64,000 nt of DNA from Klebsormidium nitens. Taxonomy: Eukaryota; Plantae; Klebsormidiophyceae. Below the pieces are notes generated by a model. The model searched no databases. It was given only the letters and a program-made list of their open reading frames with translations, and was not told the origin of the DNA. The DNA lies in contig DF237024.1 of the NCBI GenBank assembly GCA_000708835.1, positions 124,001 to 188,000 of the forward strand, read 5' to 3'. Every line of letters starts with the position of its first letter. Position 1 is the first letter of the stretch. Below, piece after piece: positions 23,396-36,200 of this stretch. The translations under genes were made by a program, and so were the position numbers.

Positions 23396-26300
23396 CTACT
23401 CTTTTGCCTTCCCGGTCTCCGCCCGTCCGACCGCGCCTTCTAGACCCCTAAACCCCTCGAGAGAGGCGCGCGGCCGCGGCCGCGACTGCGTCATGCGCCG
23501 CGTCGTCACCAGCCAGAAAGCCACCAGGATGACGTATACGAGCGCCGCCCACAGAACCCCGTTGGGCATTTCGTCCAACGGCTGGGTCAAAACCCTCGGA
23601 TTTAGCGCGCGGCTCGCGGCCGCGTTGCTTCTCGCGGCCGCGTCCCGCTCGATCACGTCAGCCGAATCGTCAGCCTTCCCGGCGACCGTCCCCGCGTTCT
23701 CTTCCCCCTTGCGGTCGCCGCTCTCACCATTTTCTACCGACCGCGCAGCAACGAATCGTCCGCTTCCGCTCTCCGAGCCTGCTCCCCTCCCTGCTCCAGC
23801 TGTTCGCATTTCGGGCGTCGCTCTAAAAGCTGCCACGTGTTCTTGCTCCTTTGCGGATGCTGCCACGTGCCCTTCTTTCCTGTGGACCGTCCCGTTCCCA
23901 AAGTCTTCAAAAATCTCCTTACACCCGCCGCGCTTCGCGTGGTGCTCCAGAAGCGCCCGGTTGATGCCGACCATGCATTCGATGCCGAGCAGATCGCCGC
24001 GCCTTCTGGAAGGGTCCGTCGAAGGCAGCTCGGCAGGGTTCGGCGGCTCCGGAAAGACGCGGCACGTGTTGACGAGGTCCGTGTGACGATAGTGACCCTT
24101 CTCCCAGGTCCTGCAGGATGCACACAGGAGGTTTCGAGACAGCATATCAATCTAAAAACCTCTTGCCGCGATATGTTTGATTGCTCTTTCCTTGAGATAT
24201 AGCACAGGAGGTACAACTTACAGAACAGTCTCAACAGGGATCTTGACGGACACTTTAACCCAAGGGGTGGCACTTGTATGAAGATGAGTTCGGATTACAA
24301 ACAACGGGTTTGAATACACTTCGATGGATGCCTCGCCCAGTCTTTTCGCGTAAGCTAGCGAACTGAGTCATACAATAAGCCTCGTTCTCATGCACACGTT
24401 CACACGTCACAAAAGCATGAAGCGCCCTTTTGGCCTATATCCCCCGGCCTCGAACCGACTTGCGGTACATTTGAGCCCTGCCGAGCGAGGCTAATCCCTT
24501 CCTTGTGTGGAAAGTTTGCGATTGGAAGGTTGGTCTCACCAGCTCCCGACGCCGTATGGCAGGCCGTAGTGCAGGATCTTGGGCCCGGTACCCTCGGCCG
24601 GTACGTACCCGGGGTAGAGCATGGTAAAGTCGTCGATCTTATGAACCAGCCCCGCCTGCAAAGACAAGGCTACCACTCGATGACTCCAGTTGCGAATCCG
24701 AAGACAGCAATTTTCTTAGTTTTTCAAGGTCTGAGAGTTTCTACAGAACAACCGAGTCCTCAAGAAGGTTAAAGTGAAGAGTAATGACGGGACTTTTCTG
24801 AAGCACGCAGCCGAAATGCCAACGGCACTCCGTGAAGAATAAAAGGAGAGCTGTAGCAATTGATGTGAGAAGGGGCTCGATTTCTTGAAAGCGGAAGTGG
24901 AGAGCTCATTTCTCCAACACAACGAATGGTTAAAAGTTTGCCCGATCAAGCTTTCGAGAATTCTTTCATTGAGTGCAAAAGACGAATACAACGGCGGACG
25001 CAATGGAACGTGGATGCAGAAAAGAGAGCCGCACCTTCGAAGTTTCAAGAGGAAGTCAACGTTACGAAGCTCTTTTCCCTTACCGTTCAAAACATTGCCG
25101 CCCTTCGAAGCCGTTCCGAAGAATTTTTCGTAAATGAAAAGTCTGCAGATTCAGTAGCACAGACTGCTCGAAACACTCCTTGCCCTCAGTTAGAAAGCTT
25201 CGAGGGACCGTTGGCGCTTCACATCATCATCTGGACACTAGTCAAATCGCACATGCCTCCACTGCTGAATCTGATGAGAATTGTCAATCCAAATGTCTCT
25301 ATGATTCAAAAAATCAGCAAAAGTACATGAGAAGACGCACCTCGGACGCCCCGAAAGCGTAGCCGTACATTTCGGAGATCCAGCCCTGTCCGTAGATGTC
25401 GCCCATCAAGTGCCAGTGCGCGCGGTCCGCGCGCATTTCCTCCGTCTTGGACAGCCACAGCGGGGCCAGCTTGCGCAAATCCTGCGCGCAAAAAAGAAAG
25501 ACGTTCGTCTACCCATTTTTGGAAAATAGCAATGTACTCGCTCCACTGTTATCGTCATTGCAGCCGTTTCTTAAAATAAAAGACAAAAGATGCAGGAAGG
25601 GAAGCACGATAACGGTCCGCGCGCATCTCCTCCGTTTTGAGCAGCCAGCTTGCGCAAGTCCTGCGCGCAAGAATAAAAAGCGCAAATATTCCTAGTCTGC
25701 CGAGAAATGGTCATTCGCAGCCGTTGCCACACGATCCGACATGAAGGAAGAGAAGGTGTGTCATGTCGGCCGAGGCGAAAGCGGGTGTGAACAGTACTTC
25801 GCCTCAAAGCTACAGCTTCCGTCCCACTTCGTTCATTCGTTGCCCATCTTCAGGATCGTTGCAAGGGACACGATATGCTGACAGGAAGACTTGGCCAGCT
25901 AAATACGTTGGTTCTGTTCGTTGGGTACGCAAATGCTGCAGAAGGGCCAAAAGGTGGAAAAATATGGAAACCGGCATCCGATGTCCACCTTCACGACCTG
26001 TGGTTGCTTACGGTACCAGTACTCAAAGTATCGTCCTTGCCGTACAAACAAAACAGGTGTTCAGCATTCCGGGAAAGCTCCGGCCACTTCGAATTTAGAA
26101 AATCTGAAAGTTCACGATACAGCGCTCCTCCTTGCATACTTTCAAATGTCAGTAGGGCTTCTATCTACCAGGCCCGGACAACAGAGGGCCTTGTGAAATA
26201 TTTTCTCAACGCAAGCGCAAAATATCCGAGAAGAAGCATCTTATCATGTAGACTAGACAGGGAACTTAAGGAGATAGAGGTCGTATCAGCGTGAAGGCGA

Positions 26301-29300
26301 CTGTTTGCAATCCGTTCGTGCTCGTAATGTAGCGTCTTCGAACCAAGAGGACATCTGTGCTAGAAAATATATTTTACTGGCCACTTTAGCATGAAGCCAT
26401 CTTCTCGAGCATCGTCTTTGCCCTTAGGTAAGCGTCTAAGAGAACTGACAATTGGGTACCGGAAGAGCTGATAACAGGAGAAACGACGATGGTCTCTAGT
26501 CACCCCTTCACCATCAGAACTCCAGTTCTCAAACTTTCAGGTTCACTCTGGAACAGATTTCTCCAAAGAATGACAGCAGAGTACTTTTAATAACTCTGTC
26601 CTTTGATTTTGCCAAATCTGGTAAATCGCGAAGAGCCCACGGGGCAGTCGTCAGCAGATGCCCTAAAGAGCAGCTGAGGCAATTCGATCGGAAAAGATCC
26701 ATGAAAGCAGTGGACCATTTTTGCTGGACAAGGAACTGGTGGGCCGCTTCTGGACGCGGTAAATTTTGGGGGGTCGCTTGGATACTACGCCTAGGAAGAA
26801 CCAGAGTTTGGAGAGCTGTTGCAGGATCTAAGTGAGGGCTCCATGAAAACGCCCTTCACTCTTCAGGTGAAAGAAGGCATCCGTGACGAGAGAGGTGACC
26901 TGGCCTGTCCAGACCAATCGAAACCGTATTCATTGCCTCCGAACCTCTTCAAGTACGGACAATGCCACAGATGTATCTCCTTACCATCGAGAGCGTGCAG
27001 CAACGGTGTTCTAATGCTTGTCCCTGACGTGAGCGAGCGAAGCAAGGTAAGCGGACTAGCGAAAAGGTGTCTAGAGAGGAACTTGATCCGGCACAGCTAA
27101 CACGGATCCGCAGTGACTTTATCCAATGAATGCACAGGTTTTGATCTCTTACACGCATAAAAAAAAAGCGAATGGAAGTGTCGGTTGAAGCCGGTGGAGG
27201 GGGCGGCCGATCCAAAACGTTTTGGCCATATTCTCGCTTCTTCAAGCCGTTCAGGATCTGTCCGACTACCACTCCGAAAGGACAATCGATGTTGCAGTAA
27301 GCAGGACCTGCTTGACCTGATTCCTTCAGGCGTCTTCGACCAGAATTGGCTCGATCAATGACGTCACTCAGGGCGATAATTTCGGGCGGCAACGGATTTC
27401 GGACTGCAAATCTACGCCGCATACGCGACTCTATGTCTTGGACTTGCCACTTTTCTAACAACGTTCTCGTCCGCATCCAAAGCATCCTTAGACGAGAAGA
27501 ATGCTGGCCCATAGAGACCAGCACCAGACGGTCAAGTCATCGCCCCAAAGAGAGCTTTAAACGGTACTTCAAGACAAGCTTCTTCCTGCATGATTCAGGT
27601 TTAGGATGCGTGAACCTTTAGAGTGAGCAACAAGTCCAGCGCCGTTCCAGGTCGAAGTCACCTAGCTCTAGCCCTAGCGATCGATTATGCTGCACTTCTG
27701 GGAAAGCTTTGCGGGTAAGACAAGTTGCTCTTAAAGCAGACAGTGACCGTACCCCTTCAATTCTTCTTGTCGCAAAAGATGAATGACCGGCAATCAACGG
27801 TCAAATCGTTCACAAAATCTCATGGGGAGGCCCACTTCGATGAGTCCGGTTGTGCAACTAAGCGTCATTCTCTCAGCGCTTTATAGTCAGACGGCTCGTC
27901 CACTTCATTACGGTTGGAGACATGCAACAAGACGCTACAGAGAATCAAAGTCAGTAGTTCGTAATACACAAGCAAAATAAAACAGGCGGGCCTTGATGTG
28001 CCCCTAAAACTCATTGAATCCCCTGGAAAGCTCGTCCCCTAGAAACAGAAGCAAACTGAAACAGGCGAGCCAAAGAGGCCCTCGCAGCGACTTATCAAGG
28101 AGAAGCGCTTTCCTCATCAGATTGCTAAAGCGGTACGAAAGATGACCAGCGCAAGTGGCACTCAAGCGACCAAGTTCGAATAAGGAACCCTTGCGTCCCG
28201 TTCCTTATAGGCCACAGCGCAATTAGATGCGACCCAAGTAGACGTGATTGAGCAGAAATACTATGAGTCGTAGCTTCGAGCGACTGACTACAAGCATGCT
28301 TGCTCTTTTGATCCAAACAGATAATGAGGATATACTGACAAAGATTTACTCTGATACGATTGCTGCACAGTGCATTGAAGCACCTGTTTAGATCCCTCGG
28401 TTCCAAAGTCTAGATCTCAAATATTCCGAGAACCGTCCCTTTATCCAATTTGTTTTTGCTCTACTATCGAGTCGGATTTAAAAAAACAATGTGGTTGAGA
28501 CTGAGGAGGCAAGACCGCCTTGGCATGAAATTGCGCACTTACAGAAGAGACGGGATTACGTTGTAAGATAAGAGCTATGCAACAGCTGCCGTTCTTTTGC
28601 AACTGCAAAATGCACTACCTGGCCCTGGGAAACCCGTTCGAGCAGACTGACGCGACAAAAAAATTTCTGCTGACCATGATGTAGCATCTGGGGCAAAATC
28701 TCAGAAATGATTGGCCGTGAATCTTTCCAGGCAGATACACAAGCACAAGTCCACCTTTGAGTAGAACGTGACTGACCCCTGCGTTCGTAAGCTCGAGCGG
28801 ATTGTTCGTTGATTTGAGAGCCAGTACCCTTTATCCAAGCCGCGTGCCATTACCCAAACATACAAAAGAATGCGGGCCCGAAAGGCGCAAAACACGAGAC
28901 TAGTGGGCGGTTTGCAAGTTGGAATTGACCCTAAGGAGTTTCAGACCTGGCATCGTGAGACTTTTGAGGGCTCAGCGTATCCTATCATCCTATGCTGCTC
29001 AGAAAAGGGGTCTGATTCGTGGCTCAGCAGTCATTCATTCCATCTCTGGCCCTTCGACCAGATATGACGCTTCCTTGTCAAAACCTCCGCACAACTTTGT
29101 TTTCAGGGTGAGCAGAAAGTTGTTCTTTTTCATCTCCAACGATGAGATCTTAGAGGTATAGGAAATGTCCTTCAGAAGCAAGAAATTACTTGCTGGAAGA
29201 TCTTCAAACTTCAGAAGTTTTATATAGTATAATCTCGGCCCTTGCGTTTCAGACCGCATAAAACAGTCGGTCGCGGCTCACTGAGGCTAAAGACTGAATG

Positions 29301-32300
29301 GAGGTCAATACTCGTTCTACTACCATCAAGTTCGTGACATAAAGAAGAATTCTGGCAGACAAAACCGAGTCGGTCACACTTCCAGAAGAGAATCAAAGAG
29401 TCGCAAGTCCTTTTTTCCAGGTTGTCTTGCAGCCAGGCCACTACGAGGGAAGAAGCTCTTTGTAGCAAAGGTATTCGGGATGAAGATCCATCCGATTGGT
29501 GACAGCGCACCTGACTAACAAACGAAGGCCTCCCATATTAGACGCCACTTTTCTGGCCCGCCTAAAAGGCCGTCTTGGTGATCGGTCCTTGGCCTGATAA
29601 ATGCTTACAGCTTTTCCTCAGACGCTCCATAAGTGGACGAAAATGGTTGTTTTGAGGTAAACTGGACGAAGCAGGTCAGATTACCACTCGGCTGGACTAT
29701 CCTCATATAGAAAATGTCACTCCTCGAGTCAGCAGAATTTTAAGGCGAGAGAGCAAAGACTCCCACATAAATGCTTTGCATCCTCCGTGGGACAAGTAAC
29801 TCGGGGTTCACTAGTACCGAGGCTTTTGAGAATTGACAGATTGCTTTCGAAGATGTTACGAAGTGATGCTTGTCGCTGCATCACATTGGCAGCACCTTTC
29901 GCCCAGCTACGAAGTTGGTAAAGCGCGGAACGTGGTTCAGGTGCTCTTTTAGCAAAACTCCCCAACATCCTACTAAATGGATCCGATAAAGCATGCAGTC
30001 CACATACTCTACGAAGTCTTATTCGGGAGACATCTCATGTCTGGTTGACGCCGAACATGCTCGGGCACCTTAAACTCGCACCAAAGATGTTGCACGGCCA
30101 ATCAGTAATTTGTTAGGTGCAAAATCTACGAAAAGTGGACGCTATACCATACTCCCCGCCTTTGGGGTGGCTATCGAACACCCCATCGAAAACAACATGT
30201 TGCCCCTGCGTTTGAGAGGCCCGGGACATGGCTAGGCATCGAGGACCCACCTGCGTATAGTGCACCATAAAGCCCCCGACCCGGTCGCATCGCTCCGGGT
30301 CACTCGCGTGCAGCCGCACCAGCTCATTCGCACAGCCCTCCAAGTAGCCGTACCTAGAGAAAGAGGATTCGAAATAATCAGCCCAACTTTTACTATGTAA
30401 TATGAAAAGAAGTCGTGCTTCATTAGCATATGATTCATAGAAAAAGATCTTGAAGTCTTAACTACACTTACAGCCTACCGCAAAGAGACACCGTGCAGCC
30501 AGAGAGTTCACCAACAGTGGCCGTGATTCCAATTGGCCCAGACTTACACAAAAAGACGCCTTGAAAGTGAGACCGACTTTATCATACGAGTAGATCCGTG
30601 ACTTATCAGCCCGACTCATATCACTGCCCGCCTTTGAGCACTCAATTGTGACGTCTTTGAGTATGACGAACAAGCAACGGAAGCCATCAGGTTTGAATAC
30701 AAGGGATACTTGGGGGAACTGCCGGTTACGTCTCGACACGATACTCTCAGGAACAGTGGTCTTTCGGGCATTATGTCAAACATGGGAAAGCGGGCTGTAT
30801 AAATGAGTCCTCAAGGCGGCTGCATGAGGTTCTTAGCGTGGAAAGCAGACGCGTTCTCTTGTGGGCGACATTTCGAAGAGAGAAGCTGACGACATTTTGA
30901 ACAGAGAAGCTGACGACATTCCAATGCAGAAGCTGACCATATTTCGAACACAGAAGCCGCGCGCCAGTACTGCAATGGCCGAATAGAGCGCGAAGAAAAT
31001 GGTTTCAACAGAACGTGGCACGCCACGAGAAATCCGTGTTTATCCTGCAGCAAAAACAAAGACAAGCCGGCCGGTCGAACCAGCTTTGCGAACGCTCAAC
31101 CCTGCGCTGTTTTAGAGCCTTTTCTGACACGTCTGGCGGCCAGACGATAGTCAAGTCCTTTCGAGAATACAAAGCATAAAAGGGTGCTTGTCAGAGATCA
31201 CCGTCGGTCTCCTGAGGTACGTACCTGGCGGAGACCGGGGTCCCAGGAGCGGCGCCGAGCTCCCAGGGCAGGACGGGCGTCCGCAGAATCATGTCCGCGT
31301 CCAGGATGACGACATAATCGGCTGTAACGTCAGCGTGCGTCAGCCAGTGCAGGATGGAGAGCGGCTTGTTGATGGCCGGGTACCTGGATGAAGGAAAGAC
31401 GTGCGGTGATCTACTTCAGGGTCTCAATTTCAAACCGCAAAGGAGTCGACGAAAGCTGATTATATAGCTTTTTCAGCGCAAGTGGGCTTCAGGGACGGCC
31501 TTCGATGATGAACGGGTCGAATGCGGAAGTCGCTATCAGTCATTCTTTGCTGCGTCCTCTGCCAATAAAATGACCGAAGTCACTCGAAACGGCCACCACG
31601 AGAAACACAAATCGAATTCTCTCCTCTTGTCCGAACTACTCTCGAACAAAAGGGAACGGAATAAAACTGCACTTCACCAAAACCCTTCGAACTGTATCAC
31701 AAGCTGGCGGGCTGCATCTGGAAATCTGCAGGCGACCATCAGCACGGTCGCAGAGCGTATTCTGTCGCCGTTCCGCAGGAGAAGCAGGATACTTGCCCGT
31801 CATCTCGGCAGCGAAACCTCAGCACAGACTGAACGAACGTCTATCTTACCAGTCCCCCGTTTTCGGGTGCCTGCTCCACGACGGCACCACGAACGTCGGC
31901 GCCAGGTCCATGCCCCGGTACGTACCGAGGTCTTTCGGGTTGCAGCTGAGCAGCCGGGTGAGCGGACCGGGCTGGCCGCTCGTGCGGAAACTGTGTTCCA
32001 GAGCCACGGTCTGCAGGGAAGGAGCAAATCCATTCTCTCTTTTGGAATATCTTTGACGCCTCTCGTGAAGCCTTCTCACTCTTTTCGTTTCGTTTCCGCT
32101 CATCGAAGCAGCCGGGTGAGCGTCGCGGGCTGCCCTCTCGCGCGGAAACTGTGCTTCAGAGCCACGGTCTGCAGAAAAGAAAGAAACGGAAGTGATGCCG
32201 TTAATTTTACCTGCACGATCTCCCGTTTCGTGATTTGTAACGCTGTTTCTGCTCTAATGTCCTACCCTCTGGAAACATTTTTTCTCAGATTTTCATTTTC

Positions 32301-33294
32301 AGCACCTCCCTCAAAATCCGATGGGTCGTCCCAGCGTTGACGAAGTTTCCATGCGAAGAAGGCAGACCTGGGCACCGGTGACACCAACCGTACCGACACA
32401 GACGGGGAATGACGTTCTATTTGCAGTCTTTCTTGTTAGAAGTATTTGCGCACTGCCACTCGGGCCACACTGGCGCCAGTGTGGCCCGAGTGGCAGTGCG
32501 CAAATACTTCTAACATTTCTGAGCGTTGGCCCAGCCAAACCTGATCAACACGAAAGTTCCCGTTCGAACTGAAAAAGATACATCCGCAAAGTAGGATCCG
32601 TGCGGAAATTTGATCAGTATGCGCCCTCGGAAGTAGCGCTCTGATTGCCGAATCTGTGGCGCCAACGGGGCAAACGAGCGCGCGGCCGCGACGTACTCTT
32701 CGCAAGCCTTGCGAGCGCACTATGACTCCCTTTCCATATTCCTGTTGCAAGGTTCTGTGTCCAAAAGTCGAGGGGTTCAACCGTGAAAAGTCTTTCGTTG
32801 TATATGGCTAGCACAATCTCGTTTACGCAAGCCATGCTGGCTCCTTGTCCCACATCGTTTGGAGAGCGAAAAACAGAGAAACCGGAAAGAGAAGCCGCAC
32901 GGAAGGCGTTCTGAACGCGCATCCATTTCTGAGCGCAGCGTCCCCCACTTGCTTAGCAAAGCAATAAATGCTCTTTCTGCGCTAATCTTTGATACGAGGC
33001 ATCTATCGTTCTGAAATTGCTCCTGACGCCTTCGTGAAAAGCCAAGACCACGTCCAAATCGCTACGTTCTAGCAAGCACGTCGATGCACACCGCACGCAT
33101 CAGAGCGCTTCAGAAGCTTCGGGAACCCTTTCAGAGTGCCTCTTCACCTGCCAGTCAAAATAGTCGTTGCACTCAGCGCTGAAGACAGTGTGAATACTCG
33201 GCGGCGACGGCTCCTCTTTCCTCAGCGGCCGCCCCTCCACGCTCGCGTGCGGAAGCGCCCAAAGCAGGACCAATACGGTGAAGACGCGTGGCAT
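23396..33294 (-). CDS. SERGT1: Peptidyl serine O-alpha-galactosyltransferase (SERGT1/SGT1-like), single catalytic domain, 513 aa
   Basis: Exons 33294-33148, 32010-31850, 31383-31225, 30353-30251, 25481-25341, 24655-24540 and 24110-23396 total 1542 nt in frame. Signal peptide; IHTVFSAECNDYFDWQ, GQPGPLTRLLSC, LAPTFVVPSWSRHPKTGDWYPAINKP, ILDADMILR, GWISEMYGYAFGA, CRVFPEPP; C-terminal TM helix. Confidence 0.93.
30867..30960. repeat. 24-bp degenerate tandem repeat x4 in SERGT1 intron
   Basis: gacatttcgaagagagaagctgac / gacattttgaacagagaagctgac / gacattccaatgcagaagctgac / catatttcgaacacagaagccgc. Confidence 0.85.
32434..32515. mobile_element. Perfect 82-bp palindromic insertion, TG...CA termini, 5-bp TSD (TTTCT)
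   Basis: 32434-32474 is the exact reverse complement of 32475-32515, with no loop. TTTCT flanks both sides (32429-32433 and 32516-32520). Confidence 0.8.
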
Positions 33295-36200
33295 CGTTTA
33301 CTGCTTCCGTTTCACGAGGGGCCAAGGTGATGCAAATGCAGAGGATGAAAGCCGGTCACCTGCGGATGACACTGTTGCTGACGTCATACTTGATTGGGAT
33401 GAAAGAGCTGCTATCAAAGCCTTTGCAGGATCCATGGCGTCTGCTACGGCCCCACAGTGGGGCCAAAAGGCAGCAACCGACTCATACCAAAGTTTCAGCA
33501 CACTTTGCTAACTCCGAAGAGAGAAGGAGTTGGTAGAAAAAGTACGTTAACTTTTGAATATGCACTGCTAGACTCTTACGAATCGTGAGTGGGGTTATAT
33601 AATGAAACCGTTCAACGGACATTGCTCTTCGACTGAAGTTTTTTGATGATTTCTCGGACTGTCTGAATCCTGAATACTCCCACCAAGTTTGAGGTTTGCA
33701 AACGGGCTACTTTGGCTCCTTGAGGAGCTTGTGCGTTCATCCTGGCAATCGCTCAAATGTACAGCTCTTATGTACAGCTCTTCGATCTCTCATTCAATGC
33801 ACCTGAATATATGCACGGCTGTAATCAAGGGAATCAGCTGCGCCAGCCTCGATCCTTCTAGGTTTCTATACCGACACAATTGCCTTCTTTTGTCCAAAGT
33901 TCGGTTTTGCAGCGTTGCTTTCTATGCGACTCAGTCTTTTAAAAGCGCAGACTAACCCTCAGCGTTTTCGATCGGCAGATAGAACGAGAAAAAGCCGCAT
34001 TCTAATGATAAAGTTAGTGGACCTCAGATGCTGCGACAAGTCTCAAAAAGGGGTCTCTCTTTGATGGTCGCTCACCTTGGATCAATGGATTCTAAGCGGT
34101 GGCCTGCCTGCCAGATTATCCTTTGAGATATGGAGCAGCTCGCTTTGTTAGCCACAGCCAGTGTCCTCCTATCCTCAATATGACTTCATGCTTTCCTCTT
34201 GCAGGAGTCTTGTTGCCTCTATCTGTGCCTCTCTCTTATCTTTGATTGCCTCGCAAAGCACTTTTGATTCGGAGCTTTTCACAGCTCTGCTAAGCAACGA
34301 TTCTGGACGTGTCCAAGGTTCAAAGCTTTCAACTGTGGCAATTCACCCGTTCTCATAGCCCTGTCATGCAAGACCTTAGGCAACGCTTCTTTTACTTGCA
34401 TGCCTTGTAAGGACCCCTCGAGCATATGCTGGCTTGGTGCCTGTTCGACGTACAGAACAGAATCAACCTGCGAGCAGCTTCGTGTAACTTGTCATGAACG
34501 CACGGGCGCATCGAAGAACGACAGCTCCTGCAGCTCCAGAGGGTTGCAATCAAGGCTTTCTAAACACATTAAGAGAGGTTCAAACAGCAGGCTCGCTTCG
34601 TGGCGGCCAGCACGAGGCCGGCGCTATAGTGCCTAGCTTAGACCATTGCTCTGTCTGTATGATCCTACGTTTTCTGATTACAATACGGTCTTGTCCAACG
34701 GACTGCTGATGCTTCGATGTTCTTTTGTTTTGGATTGTAGACTTGATTATGATGATGTCGTCAAGAGGGCGGCCTCATGCAGCACAATTCACATCTGTTC
34801 GTCAAACTCCGTCAAACCAACTCCTGCGACGTTCGGCTCTTAGTACCCTCGGATCTAGCGTTGCATCAAAGCAGCATAAAAAGGTTCATGATGATCAACT
34901 GCAGTGTCAGAAGCCTGTTCGTTGTGTTTGAGTAGAATGCAAGGGCCTGGCAGTTTTGCGCAGCTAGCCACTGCTTGCCACTGCTGTGCATGGTCGAATT
35001 GGTTGCTTGACCTTTTTTATTTTGACACACATATTCTAGCGCTATATCCTTTCACTCTTTCTGATGTCGAAACATCATATGATACTTGAGTGTAAGAATA
35101 TACCAAAGAATTAGATGCGCGACGTTCAGGAACCACTACTTAGCAGAAAGAGAACTAGGGCGGCGAGTTTCCAAGATGGCAGGCTCAGTCAGAGAGTTTC
35201 GAAAGACGACGGTCAAGTTCCTAACTTTTGAAACATCAGACGACACCTTTTGAGCTCTGGATAACTATTCCTAACCGTCGATGCCATAGCATCTTGAACG
35301 AGTGGCGCCGATGCTGGGGAAAGTTCCAAGGATCTTGCAGTACAGAATTACGCAGGCGGCACACCAGAAATCAATTCGCGAAACGTCAGCTACTTGGTAG
35401 TACCGTAGAGCTCTAGCTCTGCGCTTTTGGCATTGGCATCATTGAATTGGGGGGAAGGAGGTCGGTGGAATAGCATGACCTTCCGATTCGAGGTTGGCCT
35501 CCGCTTTCCGGAGAAGGTTAACTGTTTCGCATAAGAGGGCATGCAGCGGGTCATGCACGTGTCTCGATCAATATGACGGTGATCACCGTTTGGTAGACAA
35601 AAGTGAGCGCACTGATTGGCATTGCATATATGCAGCATTTTGGAACACTCTTAACATAAATTATGTTGTCCCCGAATTTCAATGCTTCAGACTTGGTCAA
35701 AGAGTCCGGTTCAGCATGGGTAGCGTCCAATTAGCCGTAGCGTGAATGAATACAGCAGGTCCCATATGATGATCAAATGGACCCCCTAAAAACCATATCA
35801 CCAATTACTGCGCAACAATAATTCTGGCCCCCAACCTGGCTACCGATAGGCTTAAGCTAATGCGAGTTGACACCAGGTGCGGTTTGTCATGACAATCAAA
35901 CAAGCTTTTGAAAACCTGAAGTCATGCTTAGCAGCTGTGTATATGCGACCAGGAGCCTGGAGGATCTCTGACCTTGAAGACGAGCAATATACCTATCTTT
36001 TGATCATTCGAACCCGGCTCATCAACTACACGGTACAATAAAAGCGTCCTGCTCGACGGTAGGGTCCTGGCAGCTTTGATCGTGCGTGCTTTTTACTGCT
36101 CTGGAGTATTGCGGCCGCTTGCTAGTGCAGGCTCTAGCTGATGTAGGCAAATCATCTTCTGGTGACACCGTATATTCAACTTGATGCTCTTGAACTTGAT

